NCBI GenBank assembly: GCA_964247055.1 | Contig: OZ176054.1 | Location: 3,286,001 to 3,350,000, forward strand | Reading direction: 5' to 3' | Length of the DNA: 64,000 nucleotides | Source: Paragordius varius | Lineage: Eukaryota; Animalia; Nematomorpha | Shown here: positions 37,752-51,900 of the stretch, piece by piece | How positions within the stretch are numbered: the stretch's first letter is position 1 | Layout of the letters: every line of letters begins with the position of its first letter | Notes under the pieces: model-generated | What the model was told of the DNA's origin: nothing | Database searches by the model: none | What the model saw: the letters and a program-made list of their open reading frames with translations, nothing else | Position numbers and translations under genes: made by a program

Positions 37752-40700
37752 ATGCTTGAGGCGCATGATTTAATTAATGCATCGAAGTTTGTTAGATCCC
37801 ATGAATTATGCCGTAAAACGCCTTTGATCCATATCAAAAATATGTTGGATAATCAAGAACTATATTTAAAATTAGAAAATATGCAAACAACTGGTAAATA
37901 ATTAACTGCAATATCAAAGGTTCTTTTAAAATCAGAGGTGTTATTAATCAAATTTTCACGATGGATGACGATAAACGACAGAAACTAATTACAAGTTCCG
38001 CTGGTAATTATGGGAAAGCATTAGCCTATGTTTCAAATATTTTAAATCTAGATACGCTAATCATTATGCCAATTACGGCACCTCCTGATCGAGTAGATTA
38101 CATTAAGGTAATCACGGATTTTTTGCGCATTGAGTCAAACATAAATATAATTAAAAAAATATTTACAAAAAATGCATAATTATAGGAGTTTTATATTTTT
38201 AAAAAGTACTTAAAAGATGCACAATGTTAATCTATTAAAAAGATCAAACCACTAAATCTAGCCATGCTGCATATTTCATCTAAAGTACCTGTATATTGAT
38301 AAAAAGTTGGTTTTTGGCAATCATATAGTATAGACATAGCTCAATTCACAATCAAAAGTGTCTACTATACGTGCAAGCCGTTAGTAATTATTTTTTAAAA
38401 AATAGGAAGCCAATAAACATTTTTTTTCATTTATATATGCGACAATTTATTGATTACTTCTTGGAGGCCCATAGTTTCTGCCAAAAACTAGGTCACTATT
38501 AATATTTTTTGTAAACATAATTAAGATGGTATAATTTTAATGATAGTTTTGATTATTTTTCTTTTCAAGGCCTGGTAGATTAAAAATTATTTTACAGTTC
38601 CTTTATGGAGCCATCAATCATATTTTATTTGAAAAAAATTATATATTAACCCGTTCATTGATAAAAATACTTTTTCAGACAATTCAATTGTAGACAAAAA
38701 CTTCAAAAAATTTTAGTTATATATTATTATGTACAAAAACAGGGATTAAAACTCTATCGTACATCTTATGTTCGAATAAAAAACCCGATTCGATATAAGA
38801 TTTAAGATACCTAAAATTTCCGTTGATACTATTTTATATATTGAATTTTCCTAATGCGGTTTCACCAAATTTATATTAGTCCCTGGGTTCAAAAGTCATT
38901 AGTGTGCCAAACAATGAATTACAGCTCACTCTTGAACAATATGCCGAGAAAGAAAGGAGAACAATTGTACATCCATACGATGATCTAAATTTGATTGCTG
39001 GTCATTCCAGGTTTTAAAATTTAAGTTTTAAATTAACAGTATAGAAATTAGAAAAACGTAAAGACAGGTATTTTAAAAAAGATTACCATATTTTAAAACG
39101 TATATCAATATAATTAGGGAAATGAGATGTAAATTAATAACACACTATATTATATAATATCTCTTATAGTACACTTTTTTGTCTTTATAAACTTAATTTT
39201 TACCATATAAATTATAAAGTTGTGGGTTTGAAATTATGGAACAAAATCCGGACACCGACCACGTGATAGTTTGTTGCGGTGGTGGCGGATTATTAGCCGG
39301 TATCGCATCAGCTGTTAAACACATCAAACCGACTTGCAAAGTTTATGGAGTCGAACCTTTTGGAGGTCTAAAAATTAATACTTTTTTGGAAAAGGGTATT
39401 TTCATTTATATAACTAATATGCGAAACAAGAAATAAGGTCAAAGATTCTAAATATGTAATTGTGATATTTTAAAGTTTTTTATTTATTTTTTGGTTGGTC
39501 ATGTTTCATTCTCTAAATATGCGACTCTACTTTCCTAAAAAATTTCATATATAAAATAAATTTTAGTAATAATTTTTTTTGAAAAATTCCATATATATTA
39601 TATGTATATACCATTATATGGTATTTAATTCAAATAGCTCCGAAAATGTTTAAAAGTTTTCAACAAAATATGCCTGTTACTCTTCACAATATTGATACAA
39701 TAGCAAGTGGATTGGCTCCACCATATGCGGGTATATATATAAACAAAATTTAGTAAATAACCAAAATTATGAATACATGAAATGTGAAAGATAAATAATT
39801 TTTTATATCCGTTATGACATTTCTATAACCTATATGAATAGAATTTGATACAATTAAATTGGCAAAGGATGATAAGTTTTATTATCCAGTATGCGTTTTA
39901 ATAATTGCTTATTTCACACTATAGTTGGGCAATTTGCAACACAGTAGTGTATGGAAAAGAACAACAAAGTAAAGAATAAAATAAAGAGAGAATTTTTTTC
40001 AAATTTTTTACAATTATATTTTATTATTATAATTATCTTTTTTTTAGTTATTTTATTGAAAAAGATACTACCATGTATCAAAAATTTTGGATATAGTTCA
40101 ATTTCATAAATTTTACGAGAATTTAAAACATAATATATTCGTTCTCGTTGAGACAATATTAGTACGAAAGTAAAAATTGTTTATTTAACATTTTTTTTCT
40201 TTTTTCCAAACACTACTGCATTACAAATTGACCAACTATAGTCTAAAATAAACAACGATTAAAATGCATACTCTAAATTAAATGTTTTACCTTATATGTA
40301 TAATCTTTATAATGTTAATTTTTTACCACCGTCCTTTTATATTAGTTGTTGCAAAATTTCTAAAAAAATTTCGTTTTTTACACATACAGGTAAACTCACG
40401 TTTGAAATTTGCAAACAATTAGTTGAAGCCATTATACTCGTTTCTGATACAGAAATTAAAAGTGCCATCTCACTGCTTTATGGGATCGGTTTGGTTGTGG
40501 AACCTTCGGGGGCCGCAGCTTTTGCTGCCCTGATGCACAATAAAATTCCTGGAATTAACGTTAAGCGACCAAACGCTTCTGAAACGAATGTTGAAAGTGA
40601 ATTAAAAGGTTCTTTGGGAAACGGAGATATGGGTAATTTATAAATTTGAGGGGATTTTTTTTGTTAAGAAAGAAGGGTATTAAAATGGTTTTTTAGAGCA

Positions 40701-41073
40701 TGTCTTGTTAAAATAATAATATTTATTTCCTAGCCTAAACTCTTTTATTACAACACTTTATTAAAATTGTTTTAACTATTTCATTTATTTAAGTGTCTTG
40801 TGATAGTGTCATAACTAATATTATGAAGAAACTCAAACATATTTATGATAAATACTTGATTCAAACAAATATTTGTAATTGGTTCTATTATATATTTTAT
40901 TTATATTTTTTCAAGATTCATCTTATATCGCGTTTTCTCCGAGATTGGTGGCATCTTACAATGGTTCCTCTACAAAATTCACCGAAACGAATGGACATTC
41001 CTTAAGCAATATTGTCGTAGTTTTAACTGGTTCTAATGTAAAACCTCAACAACTTTCACAACTTATAAATTAA
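37752..41073 (+). CDS. PLP-dependent serine/threonine dehydratase / serine racemase-like enzyme (fold type II)
   Basis: Exons 37752-37893, 37920-38107, 38880-39010, 39220-39365, 39638-39730, 40390-40632 and 40916-41073. Motifs [15 protein letters not shown] (PLP lysine), [21 protein letters not shown] and LTGSN. Confidence 0.9.
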
Positions 41074-44000
41074 ATAAATAATCAATCAATTATTATTAAA
41101 TAAATACGAAATTATATAATTAGATTATTTGAAACCTGATGTCATTATGTCGGTTAAAAATTGGGTGATATAATTGTGTCAAAACACCTCAGATTTGAAT
41201 GTCGCGAAAATAGTCAAAAGATTTTTTTATTATAATATTCAATGATAATTACTTTTAATATATTTATAATAATTTATTTTTTATTTAATTAAAATAATTT
41301 TATTTTAAGCAACTATTATATATCAGTCATGGTAACTATACGGGTGTGATTAAGTTAGTATATAAACAATAGATTTCATAAAAAAATGTAATTTATAAAA
41401 CGAAAATCATACTGAAGCTAAATTTGCTAACTCCTGAAAGTTAAAAATATACTGATATATTAACTGAAATTACAAATACGTATGCGGACTAATAAATTAT
41501 TTCTCCTTATAAATTAACGTGAACTTTATGTTTATTATCAAACTACATTGTTACATACTATTCGGCAGTATTGTTTTATTTTTTACAATTAGCCTGCGGT
41601 CATTTTGTTCGTTAAATTCAATTAAAAGTTTCTGAAACCACGCTTAGAATATTAAAATTATAATATAAAAAGTCGGGACCTTTAAATCTTACAGATATTT
41701 TTTGAATAATCGATATTTTTAAATTTTAATTTTCAAAAATTTGGGTTAAGATTAGTTTAACATGGTATTAAAATGATTTTTTGATGAAAAAAAGCTGATG
41801 GATGTTATCGATAGATTAAGTAAAATGCGAAAATATATAGTTAACGGTAAACTTTATTTAACCAAAGTTCCATATCAGACTTTTCGCGCCACTTTTTATA
41901 TACTTTTAACTGTTTTTGAGTAAGGCAATTATTTTAATAATTTTTTTTAATGATTACGTTCTGAGGAAATAAAGGTTGAAATAATTTTGTATTTAGCCCA
42001 TGCATAAATTTGTCCTCCGGGTTAAACCATTAAGTATTAAAATTAAGTCATTGTTAAAAAATATTTTTCCATATTTGTTACATTAGGTAATATATTTCGT
42101 TCAACAAATGATATTTTAATGTTCACCTTTCGCCCGTATATTTGTATTTTTATACAGCTCCCTAGGTAAGGGTAAACACAGGAATTTATTAAAAAAAGTC
42201 AATCGCGAGTATCTTATAAGTCAAGATGAATAAATAACAATTCAATGTTGAATTAGAATGGACTTACATGAGCCGGGAACAGCGTACACCATTTTTGGGT
42301 AGCTGTTAAACCCCATTACATGGGGGGCTGGGAAACATAATTTAAAAGATTGGCCTAATTATCGTTAACGCATTTATAAATTATACTTAAAAAATATCAA
42401 TTTTTATGAATGAACCCACACCACCTCTTCCAGGAAATTGCTTCAAAGCCTACCTTATCATTATAAATATACAGTAAAAATTAAAAATATATAGACAAAA
42501 CGTAAAATAGAAAAACAAATGTTTTTTTCCAAAAGACAACCATACTTATTTAAATCAGACTTTTTCCAACATAAATAATTGAATTATGAATTATAAAATC
42601 ATTGTTAAAGAGAATTAGCCCATTTTAGAAGGATGAAAAAATTTGGATTCGAAGCCCAAAGATACTATTATACCCCTCTATTTTATAATTTGTAAAACAA
42701 TGAGTTATATTAGATATTCAATTTTAAAAAAAGTACAGCGGTCTTTTGAAAAAAAAATTTTGTCTTTATAATTTTACATTTTTCCGTATAATTTCAATTT
42801 TTCTGTAAATAGATTGGAAAAAAATTGGTTATGTCATATCAAGGAACATGCAATAGTATTCTGCAACTAGTTAATCATTAAAAAGAAAAATATAAGTTTA
42901 TTTTAAAAAATCTAAACGGCATGCGGTTTCCCCACGTACTTATTTTTTGCGAATCTTGATATATATTTTTATTTTACCATCAGTCAGTGTTAAAAGTAAG
43001 TATTTTTTTATAATAAGCTTAGAGCCTCATTAAATAGTTTTATATTTATAAATATATTTAAATAAATTTTACAATCACTGGCCAAGCATTTGTTTAACAA
43101 AATATATATATATGACACATATATTAGAGTAAAAATATAAAAAAATGACCACAATCAACCAGTTTAATTATTATACATTGTTAAAGCTATCGTAACACTA
43201 TACAGTCGCAGTCGTTTAATATATAACTTGTAACTTTTACATTTTTTGACAATGTATGTTAAAAATAAAATCCATAAATTTTTTTAAAAAAATAAATAAT
43301 TAATCTTGTGCCGGGGAATTTTCGACTATTGCATTTTTATGGTTTAATATATCCATAAGTTACACTAATTTCAAAAAATTGTCCAACATATAAATCAAAT
43401 TTTTTCTGTTAACTTCAAACTTAATATGACAAAAAGAATTTTTACCGTTTATTTTGTGGACTTTCAAAGATATCTCATATAATATAATAGTTTTAAGAGA
43501 TATAAAAATAGGTATTAACGCAAATTAATTAATATTGAGCAGGCAGTACTTCAAAATCAAATATTGTATATTATTATATAATTATCAGATTTTTTTGTAT
43601 AATATAACCTATCCTTGTCTTTCTTTGTGGTTGCTCTTTTTTGTGTATTTGATCTTGAAAAAAAAGTAAGTTTGCTTGACAAAAAAAATAGAAACATTGT
43701 ATAATATATTTGCTTATATACGTGAGAAACTATCATTAGGTATACATACATAATTTATTAATTAATCAAGTATCCGCAATTAATATTTTTCTTAAATGTT
43801 TTCATAAATAAGATTAGTCATTTCAAATGTATATATTTTTTTATATTATTACCTGATTCAATCTATTCTATTCTATTTCAACAGGTAAAATTTTGTATTA
43901 AATTAAAAACTTAAGGTATTGGTTTAATTGTGAAATATTTTGAAACTTCAAACTTTTAAACACGTCCTTGTCTTTTGAAATTCTAATTGAAAATTAAAAT

Positions 44001-44823
44001 TAACCTATGTTTAATACACCAAGAACACGCTAAAAAATTGTAGCTAAAAAATCTATTAAGTATTTTTTTTGCGTAGGAACCACCGAATATAATTTTGATT
44101 CTCTAATTGATGTTTTTTCGATTCAATAAAAAATTAAATATTATATCTATCTATCTAATAAATTATTTATATACTCTTTAGGTGTGTAAAATATTTTTTT
44201 GAAAAAATTTGTTTGTGCCCCATTAAAAACCTAAAAAAATATTTATTTTTTCGTTTTTTAAAAAGGTTTTAAATTTTTAATTTTTGACGTCATTCAGGCT
44301 TAATTTGGATGTTAATTTTGATAACTTTATCATTAATTGAAATATTAATTGTAAGCTTTTAAATCTATATATATATATATATATATTACTTAATAATGTT
44401 TCTAGATATAATATCAATATATATAATCCCTAATTAGATACTTTTTTGCATTTTCTATTCCTAAATCAATTATACTTAATATTAATCGGCTTAATTATAT
44501 ATATATATATATATATATATTTTAACAATTTTTTTCGCAATTTTAAAAGAAAAAATATTTTAAACCTTTAAACAGCTCCGATATTCGTAATATTTTGCAA
44601 AGGTATTATATTATATTTCAGATTATAATAAAGAAAATCATACCTAAAACTATTGGGTATTTATGAAAAAAATATATAAAAAATCATTTATACATTTTAG
44701 AAACAAGGTGTAATATTTTTACCATTTAAAACTATTCACGCTTAATATATTTAGGTATTTTGGCAATATCACCCATTTCTCTAGATTATACAATATCCTA
44801 AAACAATAATAATAATAAATATA

Positions 44824-47605
44824 ATGATAATTTGTAATATATCGGCATTTTGTAAAGGGCTACTAAAGAGAAATCTTACCATCATTTTTGTCATTTTGAT
44901 TGTGGGCGAAAGATTTTTGGTTGGAACGTCGGTATATATAATTTTGTACTTATAATATGAAATCAAAATGTATTGGGGAGTTATATTTTATTATTTATGC
45001 TTATATTTTAGGGTTTATCCGAAGCTTTTGTTAGTCAGCTATCCAAAAATAGCCAAGGTAAAATATTTAAATTATGTCTCTTATGCAAACTATATTGTCA
45101 GTTCAAGTTATTTTGCGTAAATAGATTCTGTCGGCACCCTAAAACCATTCCTAAATTTCACGAATCAATTCAAGAAAGAAGTTAAATATCCCAAGTTTCA
45201 AGGCAAACTCCTACTTAAATGTTCGGCTTACGGGTCCCCACCTCCCGAAGTTTCCTGGACTTTTGTAGCGGATCGCCCCACGAAACGCATCATGTTAGAC
45301 CAAGATAAACAACTGTTGTTGGCAGATCTCATCAATACGAATCAATATAAATATAAACCTGATATACTTAGGCGTATCCTAACTTCCAAATATGCAAATA
45401 GCCTGATTCAAAAACAAGAAATTAATAATAATATCCCTTTACCAGGCCATCAAGCCTTTTTAGACATGGATGATGAACAAAAAACTAGGGGGGATAAATA
45501 CCCATATGCGGATCAGGCTTTTGGAAACTCACTTTCAAACTTTGCCCATGATTCCTCCTCTTATACGGATGAAATGGAAAACCTAACATTTGGCCCGGAC
45601 GACTCAAGCAAACGTGATGTAACAGAAAATAGGGTTTCATCTTTCCTAACAAAAAACCGGGGTAGACGAAATCCGTTTCTAAGAACCGCTCTTTTTTCAC
45701 CAGAAGATGTCATTATTTCCAACAAAAAACGTTTTTTCTCCAAGTCCTTTCAATCACGTCCATTTATCGGGGGCCGACTTAGGAAAAAACGGACCCTACA
45801 AAATCTAGATGGTAGGTTAAACCCGCTAGAAATTTTAAGCGAATTGCAAAAAGCGGGAAAATTACTTAGAAATAATGCTAATGTGGCTGATGATGAAGGC
45901 GAAACTATTGAGCAAATTGAACCTTTGACTAGTCAAGAAAATAAACCCGATAAAATTGGTTTAGCCACAACCGTTTCTGTGCGAATGATTGAATGTTTGA
46001 ATGAAGAACATGTGGGAACTTATACATGTGTGGCGAAAAATGGTGTAAATACCATACAACAATCAGTTCATGTTGGTATTAAAGGTAGGTATATAACTTT
46101 TAGATTTCTCCCCTCTCTCTCTCTATAATGAGTTAAATAATGGGAGCCATCGCATCATGCCCCTTTTTAAGAAAATATAAATTAATTTTCAATTAATATT
46201 TAAAATTTTGTTAATAACATTTGGTATTAATTAATGTAAAAACCTAAGGGTCCAGAAAATACCAAAAAGTTTGTGATAGGATAGACCAAACTGTAAATAT
46301 CTATTATTCTATGTGCAAAAACTAAATTACTCATATAGTTTTTCGGAAGATAGAACAAAACTTTAACGAGTATAACTTAAAAGGAAAATAGCATGATTAT
46401 CACCATGAGTTAATGTAGATGTTAGGCGATGTTTATTCTAAAAGGTTCATTTTGACGAGAAGGGTCAGTGTATAAAATTAGTTTTTAACCACTAAATTTA
46501 AAATCTTTACAGAATATATTACAATTTTTATGTATCTAGATTCAAGAAAACGAAGGTGTTCTACAAAAGGAACGGGTATGCAATATTCTTTGATTAAAAT
46601 TTATATTAACCCATCCAGTTTACACTCCAGATATCTAAAGATTGCAATCGTCAAATTTATATATTTTTTAAAAAAATTTCAAATAAAATCAGTCAATTAA
46701 TAATTTTTGTATTTTTAGACGAGTTCATATTTATGGCCAATTTAAACTTAATATTAATAAATATAGCATTCATATTTTTTGAACCATTTTAATTTATGTT
46801 TCCACTTATATTAAAACAATTTAGGCGATATACTACCCAATGATATTCAAGTCACGCGAAGAACTGATAAAGGTATTGCTTTACATTGTTAAAATAAAAT
46901 TTTCCACAGTTTTTATAAGATATATTTTTATTTCACACTTTTTTTAGTTCCAGCCCAAATTTATATGTGGACGACGGATAGGTTTGAGAATCAAGGTAAA
47001 AGTGCCAGACTGTTTTGTAGAACCTTTGGCGATGATTTGATAAAACTATGGGTCACTCCCAAAGGCAAAGTAATTGCTCCACAAGGAAATGAAAAATATA
47101 AAGTAAATCTAACATTTTGACCTATTTCTTATTTCTTTAGTAAAATTTCTAATGTTAAAATTTTAATGAATGTTGGAATTAGAGGAACTCAGCTGTTTGT
47201 AGGATTATTGCGTTTATTTCGCTTTTAAGGCGTTCCTTCATATCCTAAAATGTATTTTAGTTTTACCCAAGCAAAATAGATGTATGAAAATTTTTTTATT
47301 TAAATGCAAAATTATGGTAATTTATAGTTTATTAAAAAAGTATCATGTATTTTTATTTAAATTTGACCTGTTAATCGTTTAATATTATTTGTCTCATATA
47401 TAAAAGACAATTGTTTTAATTTAAAATGTAATTGAATTGGCTATCTTATTTAATATAGATACTTTCAAACGGTGATTTATACATCAAAAATATAACTTGG
47501 GAAGATGATTTTGGCTCCTTCAACTGCTTAGTTCACAATGAAGCTGGAACAGATTTCAAAGAAGAATTTCTTTACCCGGTTGCTGTACAAGTCAAAACAA
47601 AATAA
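44824..47605 (+). CDS. Secreted two-Ig-domain protein of the Imp-L2 / ZIG insulin-binding family, with a large insertion in Ig1
   Basis: Exons 44824-44931 (hydrophobic leader), 45012-45057, 45125-46084, 46825-46872, 46948-47102 and 47459-47605. Ig1 reads KCSAYGSPPPEVSW...GLATTVS...GTYTCVA. Ig2 reads PAQIYMW...LFCR...GDLYIKNITW...FNCLVHNEAGTD...FLYP. Confidence 0.8.
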
Positions 47606-48974
47606 AATTACGCTAAAAAATTGTCCGTCCCCTTTTAAAAATGATCATTTAAAAAATATCCGTTTACAAATATTTTCTTACAAAAAGGACGATCTCATAT
47701 TTTGAGAATTTATTATAATTCCCTATATGTATGTATGCGGTGATAATATTTTTCAAATCCTACACATAATTATTTTTTACATTCCAATATTTAAAAAACA
47801 AAGTATCGAATTTTCTAATATTTATTTATACCAACTTTAAAGCAAAATCAGAGTTTTTTATGGATTTCAGTTAATTTTTAATGTTAGTCATTAAACCATA
47901 CACTGTGTCTTATATATGCAAATATTTTACACTGATAAATATCTTGAATCAAGTTATTTAAGCATATTTCCCTTTTCCAATTATAAAATATTTTTATATA
48001 TTATTTAAAAATTATCTCACATGTTTGTAAATTTATTTATATGAAAATTAAAGGCTTTTGGTAAAAAATTGCCTTATAATTCTTATATCTAACCACACCA
48101 CATTTATTTATGTTTTTATATATATGTGTAAAATTAATAAATTTTGTCTTGTGATCAAATATGTTTTGGGTACATCCTAAAATATTATTGTATTAATAAG
48201 TGTACACTTTAAGCTCGAAAATCACATTTTTGATTAACTTTGGATTAGTGTCTACAAAGAACAATAATAAAAACATACATAGTTTGTTGCAAATCTCACC
48301 AATATCCTATTTTCTCAAAGCAAGTCGTCTCAGATACTAGAGCCATATGAAACGCTCAAATGGTTGTATCAACAAAATAGGATTCTTTCATCCCTATGGC
48401 AATTTAAGACCAGGTAGATCATATCATAATTGAGACAAAACCATCAGCCATGCCTAAACATAACTCTATTGACCAAAGACGACTGTCTCGATCGCAGGTT
48501 ATTTGCTCAAAAATATAAAGCAAGCGAGGAGAAACAACTAACTGATGATGATGATGGTGTCATATATGTATAATTATTTCCTTTCTAAAATTGGAGATGT
48601 GAATATTGTTTTTTTGCATAACATATTTGAAAGTGATATCAAATAGAATAAATTAGATAAGTTAGGAGAAAGTTAGTCACCATTTATTCGTGATAGAATG
48701 TTACAGTTGGATTTGAAAAAAAAAATCTTACAAGTTACTTAAAAAAAATTGAAAACTGAAATATGGAGGGTTTGGATTTTCCTGGATCCGAGGCAAAAAC
48801 GAAAAATAATTTTATAAAGTTTCATTTAAACAACCAAATTAAATAACGATTATATAATTTATTATTTAAGAATCTAATGTATATATTATTTGACTAATGA
48901 TATGTGTAAATATATGTGAAGATTGAAAACTCAAATATTTTTTCACAAGGTACATTTTAACCATATAAATACAA

Positions 48975-51900
48975 TCAATTGAAAACAGGTATTTTTTCCC
49001 ACTCCATATGATTGCGTCCACAATTATCCAAAATCACCGCGCCATCTTCCATGCGTGTGGATATGCAAAGTTGAGTGTTCCATTTGCTTTTAATTTTTCC
49101 CTGAAATAACAAATTATAACAAACTTATTTGTATAACTTTTAGGGTAGTTATCTGTCCCAAAGTTTCAAATTTTGCATGACTTAAGTCCATATGATATTG
49201 CGTTATATCTAAGATATGCATTCTATGGCCTGAATATATTGGAAATGAAAAATATCTCAAACTTGGAGCCGTAATTTTGGTTTTTAATTGAAACCAAAAA
49301 TGAAAAATTTGATTAACTAAGTAATTTTAGAATGCTTGAAAATAGTATTAAAATCAGCTGTTTGATCAGATTGGATTGAGCAATTTATTTTAACCTTCCT
49401 TACAAGTTACAAACTGTAAAATAACAATGACAATTATTTTTCGATAGTTTTTTTTTACAAATTTTACTGGGACTAAAAACACCTTAATATATATCCGTCC
49501 CTAAAAAGTAATAAAGTGTTTAATATCAAAATTTTGATATTTGCATACATTATCCCAAATCCATTGTTGAGTTAAAGTTTCAGAACAGCCTGACAAAATA
49601 ATATTCGGTGGGTCATTGCTTGTAACGGCTTGCAAACACACATCATCATGTTTAATTTGACCACTCATGGAATCCATAAAAAATATCTAAAATGTTGAAA
49701 TATATTTTTGAAATTCTAACAAGAGTGATTTAAATTTAAAATATTCACAATTATTTAAACTTGAATTGGGGTAAATATATTTCAATCATCAAACTATTTA
49801 ATTGTGATATAAAATTATAAATAAAATTATCAAATATTATATATAAATTTCAGGTCTTTTGCAAACTCTTTTCCAGACATCAATTACAACATTCCAGCAG
49901 AATATTAATTTATTATAAGCATTTAATATTGCATAATAAATAAAATAAAAACTATACTGATAAAACACGTAAATTATAACCTGAAAACGCCCTTCATTAC
50001 ACCCAAACATACCAATGTTACCGGCATGATTTTTCAATGTGTCTAAGCATTTGGATGTTTCTTTAGCACGAATCTATGGATAGAAAAAATTAAACCGGAA
50101 TCAAAAATAATGGTATACGGACAAAACGTAAATATATAAAGGCAATCATACTTTTTAAATTTTGAATATTTAATATATAAATCATTGTTTAAAATTGCAA
50201 ATTATGAAATAGAGGTGTATTTGGTAATACAATCATTAAATATTTTACATATGATTATATGGAAAAATTTAGGTATAAAAAGGTATGGTTGCCTTATGCA
50301 AATGTCTTTATATTGAAACGTTTTGTCCGTAAAAAAAATAATTTTCAGTGGATATGTTAAAACATATTATTTTGCAAGACATACATTAATGAATTCACTT
50401 ATGTTTGCCGGATAATGGAATGTTTTATAGACATTTTTTATGAACCAGTCAATGGAATGACAACCAAGTTGTTTTTTCATAGCTAATCGTTCTCCCACAT
50501 CTCCTGCATCAACTTCAAGTGCAACTGTTTAACAAAATATTTTGTGTAAAAAACACACCGGACACCACACAAAAAAAGTTTATTTAAAAAAAAGAAATAA
50601 TAGAAATTCACAATTGGTCGCCATAAAAATGCAAAAAAAATGTGTTTATCTTATAAGTGAAAAATGGCAAAATTTTTCTTTCAGTTATTATATTGCCAAG
50701 TCAAACTAAGGTATAAGTTCTTATTCGCGATAATGTCAAAAAAATAATTTTTTAAGCAAAGAGATAAAAATTGGACAACTCATAATATTTTGCAATATCG
50801 GTTGACGACTGTACAATTTTTTTTAGAGATTTCTAAGACCCAAATAAATATAACGGTATTTTTCGAAAAATATTTTAACATAAAATCGTATGCCAAAGTT
50901 TCTATCTATGTTTCTGAATCATCACAAAAACAATCAATGCATTTAAACTACAAAATACTTTATAATCTTGACTAATAAATAAATAGTTTACATTCATTAA
51001 CGCGGTAATAAAAACGTTTCCATTCCTCTCCAAACCAAACTTCAACGAGCCGTTTTTGGTTTTTATGGATGACATTCATGGCACCTCCTGGGAACTTGTA
51101 AGGCGAAGATTTTCTAAAAATGTGTCCAACTCTAGAACAAGGTATAATTTCTAGCGTACCCCCACACAACCATACCTGATAAAAAAAGATCAGTAAAAAT
51201 TGAACAGACAAAACGTGGGAATATTAAGACAAATTGAAAATCATACTTTTTTAAACTTTATTTTTTTCCTATATAATTCGATTACAATTACAAAATATAT
51301 AATTGATTGTGTTACCAAAATACACAAATTTATTTCTACATTGAATTTAAATACAAAGAGTAGAAATTAAAAAAATTACAGCGGTCTTTTGAAAGTAGTA
51401 ATTCTTTGTTTATTTACCTTCCGCAGGATTTTAATTTTTACTGTAGAATACATCTTCCTTTTTTAAAATTTTTTTATGATTTTCCTTATATTTAAATTTA
51501 TGACACAATCATAAATATTTATTTACCCGCAATGATAGTTCAATATTTTCTGCGCCCCAAACATCCATCTTTGTATCGTAAGCGCCCAAATTCTCGAAAA
51601 ATTCGCGATCAATGCTAAATAATCCCCCGGCATGAGCTGGACTCCTAGAAGCGATAAAAATCATTTTTACATATAATTCTTATCATAGTTATTAATAAAA
51701 TTTTGTAAATATTTATATCCCATAAAGAAATAATTATCTGTTAATTCCGCTAATTAAAATTTTTAAATAAATAAGTTTTACACATATTTACCGGTTTGTA
51801 AAAAAAAGAAAGACATAAGAAACCGGCTCTTTAAAAATTATCAAGCTTATAAAATAAAGACCATAAAGGAGATGTCCTGTCATTATTTCGTCGAAGCATT

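Noticed and set aside
41100-44780. Short ORF-track entries in AT-rich spacers (for example 43557-43751; likewise 16882-17076, 26594-26782, 54655-54852)
   Set aside because: Low-complexity I/Y/K/F/N-rich translations, as expected by chance or from (TA)n repeats.
45485-45743. Antisense ORFs overlapping the Ig-protein insert, and similar ORFs at 6465-6759, 8047-8235, 21310-21507, 51907-52098 and 53000-53284
   Set aside because: Shadow ORFs opposite real coding sequence, with no recognisable motifs.
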